DNA from: Planctomycetota bacterium
Lineage (GTDB): Bacteria > Planctomycetota > B15-G4
Reading direction: 5' to 3'
Assembly: GCA_965248575.1 (NCBI GenBank)
Contig: CBDFJQ010000002.1
Coordinates: 2,240,001-2,304,000 of the forward strand
DNA: 64,000 nt
Shown one piece after another: positions 28,846 to 38,789 of the stretch. How positions within the stretch are numbered: the first letter of the stretch is position 1; each line of letters starts with the position of its first letter. The notes beneath the pieces were generated by a model. It ran no database searches, had not been told where the DNA came from, and worked only from the letters and a program-made list of their open reading frames with translations. A program made the position numbers and the translations under genes.

Positions 28846-29836
28846 GTGCCATGTGGACGGCGTCAACACGGCCTATGTGGCCAATGCCGTCTCGGGTTTC
28901 GTCACCGTGCTCAACGTAGATGAGCTCTCGCTGGTCACCAACATTCCCGTCACGTTGACGCCTGACGGACAAGCTGGCAAAGATCTGTTCCACACCCTGC
29001 AGGTGCCTATCCAGACGCCCGTCAGTCCCAATGAGCACTGGGTCGCGACCGCCGTGCTCTCACTGACCACCGTGCCAACCTCAGTGAGCGGCTCAGCGGA
29101 CCACGTCGCCATCATCGATACCTCTCTCAACCAGGTCGTGGCCTACGTGCCCACTCCGGCGGGGACCCACGGCGTCAACTGGGGCGCCAAGCTGGGCGGC
29201 GGTTACTACGCCTACGTGACCAACCAGCACGCAAATGTGCTGACCGTCATCGACCCCGATCCCAATGGGGACGAGGATGGCAGCGACGCCGCTGTGGTGG
29301 GCACGATCCTGCTGGCCAACGGCAGTCAGGGCGCAGGCATCAGCGACGGAGTCGGTGGGCAGGGCGTCAAGCCGTTGCCGCTCACCCACGACGGATGGGT
29401 GCAGCGGACGGTCGACATGGTGGGCAGCGGACTCCTGTCGCCCGAAGTCGAGGGCTGGGTGGACCTGCTCACCGAGGATCAGAAGAACCCCGAGAGCCAC
29501 CACGACGAGCTGAACCTGACCATCGACCCGCTCGTCGCCGGTGCACCCGCGACAGTCTCCGCGCTGGGAGCGAATGAACAACAGCTGGTGAACTTCCTGC
29601 TCAGCCTTTCGGGGACGGGCGACGGCCCATGCTTCGCGGGGCTGGGAGGTCAGTGCATCAGCCTGCTCTCACCGTTCCAGATTCTGCTGACCTTGCCTGC
29701 CGACTCCAATGGCCTGGCCAGCTTCACCGTCACCGTGCCGGCCTCCGCGGTGGGCCTCACCGCTCACCTGCAGGCTGTGGTGGTTGCGGGCAACGCTTCC
29801 GTGTTGTCCAACACCGTGAGCCACGTCGTGCAGTGA
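28813..29836 (+). pseudogene. 3' part of the same gene in the +1 frame (propeller blades plus divergent C-terminal module)
   Basis: Frame of ORF 28634..29836 becomes protein-like at SALLMPLAVG; AYVAN, QTPVSP, GTHGVNWG, YAYVTN; ends LQAVVV..LSNTV. Confidence 0.75.
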
Positions 29837-29904
29837 GCCGCGCGGGGCCTGGTGGCTACTACTTTCTGGGTTCCAGTTTTCGGTGCCGCGCCATGGACTT
29901 GGCT

Positions 29905-30070
29905 GTGGTCTCGCCGCGAAGGGCAGGCGCTCGGGGCGTCGTTTGCTGAACCGTGTCGCGACCATCGTGACGCCCGACACCATCATGCGCTGGCGACGCA
30001 ACCTCACCGACGCCAAGTGGACCCTCCCTCGGAATCGGAACAGCTCTCGCGGACTGATGTTGAAGATCAA
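29905..30070 (+). mobile_element. Integrase-core transposase fragment
   Basis: LAAKGRRSGRRLLNRVATIVTPDTIMRWRRNLTDAKW..GLMLKI; homologous to the relic at 19125..19430. Confidence 0.85.
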
Positions 30071-30114
30071 GGTGCCGCTCGATCAGCTACGAAGGGTGGT
30101 TTGCTGCCCCCCAG

Positions 30115-30804
30115 CTACGGTGTGCCCCCCAGCAGGCCGGCACGGTGCTGCTCGAACATCTTTGCGTAGGCCTCGAACATGGGCTCATTGCCGGACGCCT
30201 CGGCCTCTTGGATCCAGCGGTGGAGCAGGAACTCCTTGCCGATCGCCCGGGGAATGATCTCCGCCGAGTGGTTCGTGCTTCGCAGGAGGAAGACAGCCTC
30301 CAGGTAGTAGCAGAAGGTGTTCCAGTAGCCGACGGTGCCCTCGCCATGCACCGTGTGGGCGGTTTCATGCAGGATCAACTTGGCAACCGACTCCACGGTT
30401 TGCCACTCCCCATCGGGCAACCTGAACAGGGAGTTGTCGATCGCGGGAAACTCATCCGGAGGACGTGCCCCCACCACGAAGCCGTCGTCTCGCTCCTGCG
30501 CGCGGAAGCCAAAGAAGATGACGAGATCACCGCTCAAGCTGTTTCGAATGCGGATCGGCCAACGCTTGGACTCCGTGACGAACACAAGACCACCGTCGGG
30601 CTCGAGTTCGTAGCGAGCCACCGGAAGACTCAGCCGGTGCTCGGACGCCAAGAACTCATTGGCTTGCTCAAGTCCCTTGCCGAAAAGGGCCAGCGCCTGC
30701 TCACGCACCATCTCCGGCGCATCCGAAGCCCTGAGGCTCTGGGGAGTGATGAGCGTGGAACATCCGCTCAAGAGCAAGCAGACAAAAAGAAGTCGCGCGT
30801 TCAT
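30115..30804 (-). CDS. Hypothetical lipoprotein with HEXXH motif
   Basis: Lipobox LLSGC; ILHETAH and downstream SAE. Confidence 0.75.
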   Translation of the reverse strand: MNARLLFVCLLLSGCSTLITPQSLRASDAPEMVREQALALFGKGLEQANEFLASEHRLSLPVARYELEPDGGLVFVTESKRWPIRIRNSLSGDLVIFFGFRAQERDDGFVVGARPPDEFPAIDNSLFRLPDGEWQTVESVAKLILHETAHTVHGEGTVGYWNTFCYYLEAVFLLRSTNHSAEIIPRAIGKEFLLHRWIQEAEASGNEPMFEAYAKMFEQHRAGLLGGTP

Positions 30805-30978
30805 GAGCAAAGTCACCCCGTGGCGTGCATCAGGGTACCTACGCTCACGCTCTCCCGGAAAGGACGACGAGCCCTGGCGCGTCGACCTCAAGACAGGCGT
30901 GGTGACCCATCTCAACGACCCGCTCGTCAAAATGGGCCTATGCTGGCCGACTCACCGAAGGCGAGGAGCTCGACACCC

Positions 30979-32313
30979 ATGTCCACCCACACGGAATCGG
31001 TCCTGCGAACTTCGGGCGTGCGACGGTTCACGTCGCGGTTCGCGCTGCCAAGGTTGCTGGCGGCCGCCGTCTGCGCACACCTGCTCTTCGCGCTCGATGC
31101 CGCGGCCGCTGACGTCGTGGTCGTGGATCCGCAGGGCGGGGACGGGGTGCTGCTGCTCCAGGCAGCCCTCGACGCGGCGTCCGACGGAGACATCATCCTG
31201 CTGCGCGCCGGGGACTACCTCTCATCCGACCCCGTGTCGTACACGCTCTCGGGCAAGGGAGTCGTGTTGCTGCCCGACGCGGGCACCGGCCCCGTCACGG
31301 TGCGTGGCTTCGCGTTGAGCGACACTTCGGCCGGAAGCCTCGTCCTGCTGCGCGGGTTCACTTCACCGACGCCCGCGGTGTTCGCAACACCCGGGCCATC
31401 TGGTGTGTTCGCCCAGGACCTGGCGGGTGCGCTCTGGGTCGAGGACTGCACGTTCCACGGCGAGGACGGCAGCTCGGATCCCGTACTCGGGCTCGTGTCC
31501 GGGGCGGGCCCAGCCGCGCGGCTGTTGCAGTGCGCGGACGTGGCGCTCGAGCGCTGCACGCTCCTGGGCGGTCGCGGCGCGGACGCCGCGGGCACGGCGC
31601 CCGCCACACCGGGGGCCGACGGACTGACTGCCACGAACGTGTCGCGCGTGGCCGTCCACGACGGCATCCTGTCCGGCGGCGACGGCGGCCTCGGCCCGAC
31701 CTTCTTCGCCTCGGGGGGAAATGGCGCCAGCATCCACGGCTCGACGGCGTCGGTGGCCGGAAGCCGCGCCACGGGTGGCCACGCAGGCGAGACGGGCTCG
31801 CTGACCCTCTCCGAGGGAGGGGACGGCATCCTCGTCGGCCCGATCACCTCGACGCTCTGGATGCGCGGCAACACGCTCGCGGGCGGCCTCGGTCCGACGC
31901 CGGGCAGCGACGGTCAACCGCTCGACGCTTCGCCGAGCACCGTGACGACGTTCGTCGAACCGAACCGGCATGTCGTGCTGGATGCCGTCGTGCGCGAAGG
32001 CAAGTCGGCGACCCTGGCTCTCAACGGCCTGCGCGGCGACACGGTCTTCGCGCTCCTGTCACCGGTCACGGGGCTCTCACCAGTCGTCGAGCTGCAGGGC
32101 ATGTCCCTGTTGGACGCCGCGCTCTCCGTCGGTCCGCTGCTCGTGGGAGTCATCCCCGCCGGGGGATCGCTGTCTGTCGGGGTCGCGGCGCCGAGGCTCC
32201 CGCCGGGCGTCGACGGCACTGTGGTGCTGCTTCAATCCGTGTTCGTCGGCGCCGACGGCGTTTCGTCGCTCGGCCCCGGAACCAGCGTGGTCGTGCTGGA
32301 CGAGGATCTCTGA
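30979..32313 (+). CDS. Secreted Gly-rich probable beta-helix protein, paralogue of 8169..9395
   Basis: GAGGAG RBS; signal peptide; LQAALDAASDGDIILL, SGKG, VEDC, GGxGG repeats. Confidence 0.8.
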   Translation: MSTHTESVLRTSGVRRFTSRFALPRLLAAAVCAHLLFALDAAAADVVVVDPQGGDGVLLLQAALDAASDGDIILLRAGDYLSSDPVSYTLSGKGVVLLPDAGTGPVTVRGFALSDTSAGSLVLLRGFTSPTPAVFATPGPSGVFAQDLAGALWVEDCTFHGEDGSSDPVLGLVSGAGPAARLLQCADVALERCTLLGGRGADAAGTAPATPGADGLTATNVSRVAVHDGILSGGDGGLGPTFFASGGNGASIHGSTASVAGSRATGGHAGETGSLTLSEGGDGILVGPITSTLWMRGNTLAGGLGPTPGSDGQPLDASPSTVTTFVEPNRHVVLDAVVREGKSATLALNGLRGDTVFALLSPVTGLSPVVELQGMSLLDAALSVGPLLVGVIPAGGSLSVGVAAPRLPPGVDGTVVLLQSVFVGADGVSSLGPGTSVVVLDEDL

Positions 32314-32496
32314 GGGGCGACCGGCGCCATGTCGCGGCATTGGCGGATGGGGCACTGGCCGTGCTTTATCTCGGGGACGTGCGGTCGTAGGGTGTCCTCC
32401 TGATCTCCCCGGCGGCATCGGGTTCGACAGTGGCGGGACGCGGGATCCGCTGCGTGGCTCCGTGGCAAAACCTTCTCTTTGGAGTAAGTGCTCAGC

Positions 32497-34851
32497 ATGA
32501 GCGACGCGCAAGGCGGGACCGGCGAAGTGAGTGACGCCGGGAGTGGGCCCTTCTCATCGGACCTCGGGCCGGCTGTGAACCTCAAGCGGCTGTGGTGGGC
32601 GTTGGCCTTGCTGTTGCTTGCGTCCTTCGGGGCGCTGATCTACTACGGCGGAGAGCTGTACCAGCAGGCGCCGCCGATCCCCGAGACCGTGCTCATCGAA
32701 GGCGGCGAGGTGTTGTTCACGGGCGATGACATTCGCGCTGGGCAGGACGTGTGGCGCGCGATGGGAGGTCAGGAGCTGGGCTCGGTCTGGGGCCACGGTG
32801 CCTACACCGCTCCGGACTGGACGGCCGACTGGGTGCACCGCGAGGCCACGTGGCTCCTGGAACACTGGGCCACCGAGAGCGGGGCAGGCAGCTACGGGTC
32901 GCTGGATGTCGAGGCACAGGCCAGCTTGCAGGCGCGGCTTCAGGTCGAGGTACGGACCAACCGCTACGACGCTGAGAGCGGCACGCTGACGATCTCGCCC
33001 GTGCGCAACCAGGCCATCGCGACCATCCGTGAATACCACCGGCATCTGTTTGGCGACCACCCCGATTACGCAGGCATGCGTGAGAGCTACGCCATGCCGG
33101 AGCGCACCGTGGCGTCGGATGCGAACACGGACAAGCTGACGGCCTTCTTCTTCTGGGCGTCCTGGGCCTGCGTCACCGAGCGCCCGGGCATGGAGATCAG
33201 CTACACGCACAACTGGCCGCCGGACGAGTTGGTCGGCAACCGTCCGACAGGGACCATCATCGTGGTCTCGGTGATCAGCTTCGTGCTGTTGCTCGGCGGG
33301 ATCGGCGCGCTGGCCTGGTGGTACGCGGCCACACGCCGTCGCTGGCAGGACACGCACGTCTCGCCGCCCACTGACCCGCTGCTGGACTTGAAGGTCACGC
33401 CTTCGATGCGCGCGACACTCAAGTACTTCTGGGTCGTGGGTGCGCTGCTCGTGGTGCAGATGATCACGGGCGTGGTGGCGGCGCACTACGGCGTGGAAGG
33501 CAACGGCTTTTATGGCATTCCGCTCTCGGAGTGGGTGCCCTACAGCCTGGCCCGCACCTGGCACACGCAGCTGGGTGTGCTCTGGATCGCGACCTCGTGG
33601 CTGGCCACGGGGCTCTTCCTGGCGCCTGCTGTCTCCGGTCATGAGCCGAAGTTCCAGCGCTTCGGCGTCAACTTCCTGTTCATCTGCCTGGTGATCATCG
33701 TGGGCGGGTCCATGACGGGTCAGGCGCTCGCGATCCACCACCACATCACGGATGGGGAGACCAACTTCTGGTTCGGTCACCAGGGCTTCGAGTACGTGGA
33801 CCTCGGCCGCTTCTGGCAGATCTTCCTGCTGGTCGGGCTGTTCGTCTGGCTGGGGCTGATGGTGCGGGCACTGCTGCCGGCGCTGAAGACGGCCACCGGT
33901 GCCAACAAGCAACTGCTGCTCCTGTTCACGCTTTCGTCCGGCGCGATCGCCCTCTTCTATGGGGCGGGACTGATGTGGGGGCAGCACACCAACCTGGCCA
34001 TCGCCGAGTACTGGCGCTGGTGGGTGGTGCACCTGTGGGTGGAGGGTTTCTTCGAGGTCTTCGCCGTGGTGGTCTTGGCGTTCCTGTTCGTGCGCCTGGG
34101 ATTGCTGCAAGTGCGCACGGCGACGGCAGCGGCGCTCTTCACGGCCATCCTTTATATGCTGGGTGGCGTGCTCGGCATGTTCCACCACCTCTACTTCTCG
34201 GGCACCACGCCGATCATCATCGCCTTGGGCGGGACCTTCTCGGCGCTCGAGCTGATGCCCCTGGTGCTGATTGGCTACGAGGCCTGCGAGAACCTCTCGA
34301 TGCTGCGGGGGACCGCCTGGGCCAAGCACTACAAGTGGCCCATCTACTGGTTCATCGCCGTGGCCTTCTGGAACCTGGTCGGCGCGGGCCTCTTCGGTTT
34401 CCTGATCAACCCGCCCATCGCGCTCTACTACATGCAGGGGCTGAACACGACCGCGGTCCATGCCCACACGGCGCTCTTCGGCGTCTACGGGATGCTGGGC
34501 ATCGGGTTGACGCTCTTCTGTCTGCGCGGCCTCTTCATGCGGCAGCAATGGAAGACCGGCGTGCTGGGCTTCGCCTTCTGGTCGATGAACATCGGCTTGC
34601 TGCTGATGGTCATCCTGAGCCTGCTTCCGGTAGGCCTGGCGCAGACCTGGGCCAGCGTGGAGTCGGGCATGTGGTACGCCCGTAGCGAGGAGTTCATGCA
34701 GACCCCGACGATGGAATGGCTGCGCTGGTTGCGCGCTCCGGGAGACACGCTCTTCGCCATCGGCATCCTGGCGGTGGGCTGGTTCGTCGTGGGCTTGTCG
34801 ACGGGCTGGTCGCTCAAGGGTGAGCGGGATGACTTGAAGGAGGCCGAGTGA
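32497..34851 (+). CDS. norB: Quinol-dependent nitric oxide reductase (qNOR)
   Basis: GSVWGHGAY.APDWTAD, RTWHTQ, EYVDLGR, WWVVHLWVEGFFE, FHHLY, HAHTALFGVYG; 784 aa single-subunit size. Confidence 0.97.
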   Translation: MSDAQGGTGEVSDAGSGPFSSDLGPAVNLKRLWWALALLLLASFGALIYYGGELYQQAPPIPETVLIEGGEVLFTGDDIRAGQDVWRAMGGQELGSVWGHGAYTAPDWTADWVHREATWLLEHWATESGAGSYGSLDVEAQASLQARLQVEVRTNRYDAESGTLTISPVRNQAIATIREYHRHLFGDHPDYAGMRESYAMPERTVASDANTDKLTAFFFWASWACVTERPGMEISYTHNWPPDELVGNRPTGTIIVVSVISFVLLLGGIGALAWWYAATRRRWQDTHVSPPTDPLLDLKVTPSMRATLKYFWVVGALLVVQMITGVVAAHYGVEGNGFYGIPLSEWVPYSLARTWHTQLGVLWIATSWLATGLFLAPAVSGHEPKFQRFGVNFLFICLVIIVGGSMTGQALAIHHHITDGETNFWFGHQGFEYVDLGRFWQIFLLVGLFVWLGLMVRALLPALKTATGANKQLLLLFTLSSGAIALFYGAGLMWGQHTNLAIAEYWRWWVVHLWVEGFFEVFAVVVLAFLFVRLGLLQVRTATAAALFTAILYMLGGVLGMFHHLYFSGTTPIIIALGGTFSALELMPLVLIGYEACENLSMLRGTAWAKHYKWPIYWFIAVAFWNLVGAGLFGFLINPPIALYYMQGLNTTAVHAHTALFGVYGMLGIGLTLFCLRGLFMRQQWKTGVLGFAFWSMNIGLLLMVILSLLPVGLAQTWASVESGMWYARSEEFMQTPTMEWLRWLRAPGDTLFAIGILAVGWFVVGLSTGWSLKGERDDLKEAE

Positions 34852-35110
34852 GGATCAGCGCGGCACTGTGGATCAGCTTGTTGAACTTGACCAATGGATA
34901 CGCCGCCAGAGGCATGTTCTTCCTTGGATGCTACCCGATCGATCTTGGGTGCTCGCGCCCACGAACCTTCCCTCCACAGGGCGCCGTCACGAGCGCCAAA
35001 GGGCGGCCTGCCGCTCCGGCGCGTCCGGCGGGTCACATCCCCGCGCCACATCGGAGCGTCCAGGTACATGCTTTGAGCTAGACCGTCGAGCTGCCCGCCC
35101 TCGGACACGT

Positions 35111-36385
35111 TCAGCTCGCTGGGCTGGAACTGTCGGCTCCCTCGTCCCGCGCCGACATCCGAGGCGGCTCGCGGTGCAACACGTAGTCACCGTTGACCAC
35201 GGCGATCGCGAGCCGTGAGCCCAGCGTGAACATCAGCGCTCCGATGCCGAAGATGCCGGCGCTGACGAGGAACTCGGTGGATGTCGGTGAGTACTCGTAG
35301 ATCTCGCCGAGCACCGATGGCGTGAAGCCCGGCACGACGAGCCCCATGCCCTTCTCGATGTAGACGCCCGACCAGATGAGCGCGCAGCCCAGGTTCAGGG
35401 TGACCACGTTCTTGCGCGTCCACGGCACGAGGAACAGCACGAACGCCACGATGCTCGCTCCCACGCTTAGCCAGGCCCAGCCCACGAGCGTGGTGTGCCC
35501 GTCGAGTCCGAAATAGAGGTAGCGCATGTGCATCAGGTGATGCGTGTCGGAGTACCACTCCGTGAACACCTCGGCCAACAACAGGAAGAGGTTCAGGAAC
35601 ATCGCGTAGGCCATCAGTTCGGCGATTTTCCAGATCGCCTCGCGCTTGATGTCCAGACGCGATGTCTTTCGCAGGATCTGGAGCAGGACGATCATGATCG
35701 CGGGCCCGCTGCAGAATGCCGAGGCGAGAAAGCGCGGCGCGAGGATCGCCGCGTTCCAGTACGGCCGGCCCGGGAGGCCCGTGTAGATGAACGCCGTGAC
35801 CGTGTGGATGCCAACCGCCACCGGAATGGAGAACAGAACCATGGGCATGAAGATGTTCTTGTTCGGCTCGCGACGCCAATAGAGGCTCGTCAGCAGATAG
35901 GTCACAACCACCACGTTCAACATGAAGTAGAGGTTGAGTGCCAGCACGTCCCAAGCCAGCAGCGAGCTCGGCAGGTTCAGCGACCCGATGAACGGCATGA
36001 CGTGCAAGAGTCGATCCGGGCGCCCCATGTCGACCATGACGAACAACATGCACATGGCCAGCGCGGAGATGGCCATCACCTCGCCGAGGATCACGATCTC
36101 CTTGATGGGCTTCCAGTGATACACGTACGCGGGGATCACCAGAACGACCGCAGCAGCGGCCACGCCCACCAGGAACGTAAAGTTGCCGATGTAGTAGCCC
36201 CACGAGACCGGGTCACGGAGGTTCGTGACGATCAGGCCGGCCTCCAGCTGTCGCCCGTATGCGGCGGCGCCCAAGCCGATGAGCGCGAACAGGACGGCCA
36301 GAAAGGCGTAGTACAACGGCGAGCCGACGCAGATGATCCGCACGGCGCCCGTGAAGAACTCGAGTGTGTCTCGGAAGGGTCTCAT
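35111..36385 (-). CDS. NrfD/PsrC/DsrP-family quinol-interacting membrane subunit
   Basis: VSWGYYIGNFTFLVGVAAAA, DMGRPDR, SLLAWD, HTVTAF, APRFLASAF, EKGMGL, YSPT; about ten TM helices. Confidence 0.92.
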   Translation of the reverse strand: MRPFRDTLEFFTGAVRIICVGSPLYYAFLAVLFALIGLGAAAYGRQLEAGLIVTNLRDPVSWGYYIGNFTFLVGVAAAAVVLVIPAYVYHWKPIKEIVILGEVMAISALAMCMLFVMVDMGRPDRLLHVMPFIGSLNLPSSLLAWDVLALNLYFMLNVVVVTYLLTSLYWRREPNKNIFMPMVLFSIPVAVGIHTVTAFIYTGLPGRPYWNAAILAPRFLASAFCSGPAIMIVLLQILRKTSRLDIKREAIWKIAELMAYAMFLNLFLLLAEVFTEWYSDTHHLMHMRYLYFGLDGHTTLVGWAWLSVGASIVAFVLFLVPWTRKNVVTLNLGCALIWSGVYIEKGMGLVVPGFTPSVLGEIYEYSPTSTEFLVSAGIFGIGALMFTLGSRLAIAVVNGDYVLHREPPRMSARDEGADSSSPAS

Positions 36386-37293
36386 CCGTAGAAGTAGAAG
36401 AACTTGGGTTGAGTGTTGAGGTCTTCCTTCAGCACGAAGACCCGCTTCTGATCGAGAAGTGTTCGTATCTCCGAGTCAGGGTCGAGCAGGTTGCCGAACT
36501 TGCGGGCGCCCGTCGGGCACGCCTCGAGGCACGCGGGATAGCGACCGGCGCGCGTGCGCTGGACACAGAAGCTGCACTTCTCGACGACGCCACGCGGGCG
36601 CGGCCGGTTACCGAGCACGTGCATGTCGGGGTTCAGTTCGTCGGCGGGGACATTCGGCTCGCACCAGTTGAAGTGCCGCGCGCCGTATGGGCAGGCCGAC
36701 ATGCAACAGCGACACCCGATGCACCAGTCGTAGTCGATGACCACGATCCCGTCGCGTTCCTTCCAGGTGGCCTGGACAGGGCAGACCTTGACGCACGGGG
36801 GGGTCTCGCATTGCTGGCACTGCACGGGCACGTAGAACTTGCCCGGCGCCGGAACGATCTTGGGGTTGAAGTAGGCGTCGGCATGCGTGAAGTCGATGCC
36901 GTGCTCCTTGTCCATTTCCAGCACGGTGATCCAGTGGATTGGGTTGCTGTGCGCGCCCTCCGGCTCGTGGCGTGACTGGTTGTTCTCCTCGACACACGCA
37001 TGGATGCACGCGCGGTTGCCGTTGCAGCGGGACAGGTCGAGCCCGTATCCGAACAGGACGCCCTCCCGCGGCGGTGTCGCGTTGACGTCTACGTCGCGCC
37101 CAAACTTCTCCTTGTACTGCGCCTCGAGCGCCGTGAGGAACGTAGTCAACTCGCGCGGGGTCATCTCGCGCAGGCGCGTCTTCATGAATTGCTCGAGGTC
37201 CATCTTCGAGCACCCCGTGGCGGCCAGCGCAGCGCCGGCAGCCGCGGCGGCGATGCCCGTCATGAACCCCCTGCGCGTGGAGTCGCCCGTCAT
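36382..37293 (-). CDS. NrfC/DsrO-like 4Fe-4S ferredoxin subunit, Tat lipoprotein
   Basis: STRRGFM and LAATGC; CNGNRACIHAC, CQQC..PPCVKVCP, CIGCRCCMSACP, CSFC..CLEACP; ATGA overlaps with both neighbours. Confidence 0.93.
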   Translation of the reverse strand: MTGDSTRRGFMTGIAAAAAGAALAATGCSKMDLEQFMKTRLREMTPRELTTFLTALEAQYKEKFGRDVDVNATPPREGVLFGYGLDLSRCNGNRACIHACVEENNQSRHEPEGAHSNPIHWITVLEMDKEHGIDFTHADAYFNPKIVPAPGKFYVPVQCQQCETPPCVKVCPVQATWKERDGIVVIDYDWCIGCRCCMSACPYGARHFNWCEPNVPADELNPDMHVLGNRPRPRGVVEKCSFCVQRTRAGRYPACLEACPTGARKFGNLLDPDSEIRTLLDQKRVFVLKEDLNTQPKFFYFYG

Positions 37294-38279
37294 CGGATGG
37301 CCTCCGGACGCGGAGGTGCTGCGTAGGGCTCCATCTTGGGGAACCCCGGATTGTGGGGATCGTTGTGGCAGTGCACACACAACAAGTACTGATGGTCGCC
37401 GTCCCAGCGACCGACGCGCTTCCCGTGCAGTCCCACGCGCCAGTCTCGCAAGCGCGTGCCGTGGCACTGCCCGCAGAGTCGGTAGGACTCTGCAAACGGA
37501 ACGGTCGTCCCGCTCGCGAGCCGCAACGAGTCACGGTCCGCGACGTCGTGGCAGTCGTAGCAGCCGCCGATGCCCTCACCATGGTGCAACTCGATCTCGG
37601 AGTGTTGATTCTCACGGATCTCCGTGTGGCACGTCGAGCAATCGTTCTTCGCGGCCAGTCGCTGGTGGCAGTTCACGCACTTTGTCATGAGCGCGACAGG
37701 CTGCGGCCGCTTGAAGGGCTCCTCGCCGTGGCACTGCGTGCAGCTGATGTCGATCGCCAGGTGACCCGCGTGGTCGGGATCAACGTCCGCCGTCTCCCAG
37801 CGGTGGGGGATCACGAGTTCATCCGCGTCCCCACGATGAGCCTCGAAGTAGTCGGCGACCGCTGGCCGCACGTCCACCGTCCCGACCGGGTGGCATTGGA
37901 AGCATATCTCCGGGCGAGCGCGCGACGCAGGCTCTCCGTGACAGGTCACGCAGTCCATGCCCGCGTCCCAGTGCATCTGGTGTTCGAAGAATGGCCCGTC
38001 CTCCTCCCGGACCCCCTCGGTCGAGTGGCAACGCGAACACGGAAAGATGCCCTCCGTGAAAGGCGGAGGCGCGACGATCGGCGTCCCCACGTCTTCCTGC
38101 GCGACGTGCTCGACGGCGACCACTTCGGTCGGCAGCACCTGAATGACCCGAACAGCCTGCGCAAGGGAGACGCGATCCGCCCGGTCGAGGGCGCCGAGGG
38201 CAGCGCCTGACGTCTGGGGAGCGCACGCAATGGCCACGGTCAAGCATGCCCAGCCGACTCTCTCGTGCGAGCTCCACAT
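37290..38279 (-). CDS. Multiheme cytochrome c with nine CXXCH motifs
   Basis: CSRCH, CVTCH, CFQCH, CTQCH, CVNCH, CSTCH, CYDCH, CGQCH, CVHCH; hydrophobic leader. Start uncertain. Confidence 0.92.
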   Translation of the reverse strand: MWSSHERVGWACLTVAIACAPQTSGAALGALDRADRVSLAQAVRVIQVLPTEVVAVEHVAQEDVGTPIVAPPPFTEGIFPCSRCHSTEGVREEDGPFFEHQMHWDAGMDCVTCHGEPASRARPEICFQCHPVGTVDVRPAVADYFEAHRGDADELVIPHRWETADVDPDHAGHLAIDISCTQCHGEEPFKRPQPVALMTKCVNCHQRLAAKNDCSTCHTEIRENQHSEIELHHGEGIGGCYDCHDVADRDSLRLASGTTVPFAESYRLCGQCHGTRLRDWRVGLHGKRVGRWDGDHQYLLCVHCHNDPHNPGFPKMEPYAAPPRPEAIR

Positions 38280-38789
38280 GACTGCGTGGCTCTGAGGGTT
38301 GCAGACGTGGTCCGCCCCAGTTCTTCGATCCGCGTGCGCGATACTACAGCGAGGAGTCGTCTAGTCCCGGGTGAAATGGGCAACTGCGCCCTGTTCGACG
38401 CCCGTCTGCGCACTCTTGACCGAGACGCGCTCGCACTCAGATCCGTTGCGGTGGATCGGGTTGGAGTCACCCAGAACTCCGCGACGCCGCCTTGCTCCCA
38501 CATGTGTACACCGGACCGTCGCTCGCAGAGTCATTCATGCGACATGAGCCGAACGCGCGCGATCCCGACCGGATGTCCCGAGCCCATTCCTGTCGGTCCC
38601 GGAAACCTGATCCGCGCCCCTGATCCCTGATCATCGAGACTGACCGACACGATCTCGGGGTTCGAGTCACCGCGCCACCCCTGCCTACCGGGGTGCGCGC
38701 GGAATGGAGGAAGTGCTCCACTTGATGCCTTGCCAGATGGAGTTTGTGAAGTTGCTGACGCCCCATGCGTCCGAGTATCGTCTCGCTCC

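Noticed and set aside
30145..30978. Upstream part of ORF 30145..32313
   Set aside because: Antisense shadow of the lipoprotein gene 30115..30804; real start is near 30979.
32314..32496. FNR/DNR box or sigma54 promoter upstream of qNOR
   Set aside because: No TTGAT-N4-ATCAA and no correctly spaced GG-N10-GC motif found by eye.
32554..34548. Long antisense ORFs (also 44478..45938, 46205..47845 and similar)
   Set aside because: Shadows of real genes caused by high GC3; no motifs or RBS.
32497..34851. qNOR as a nitric oxide dismutase (Nod)
   Set aside because: Canonical qNOR motifs HLWVEGFFE, HHLY and RTWH are intact.
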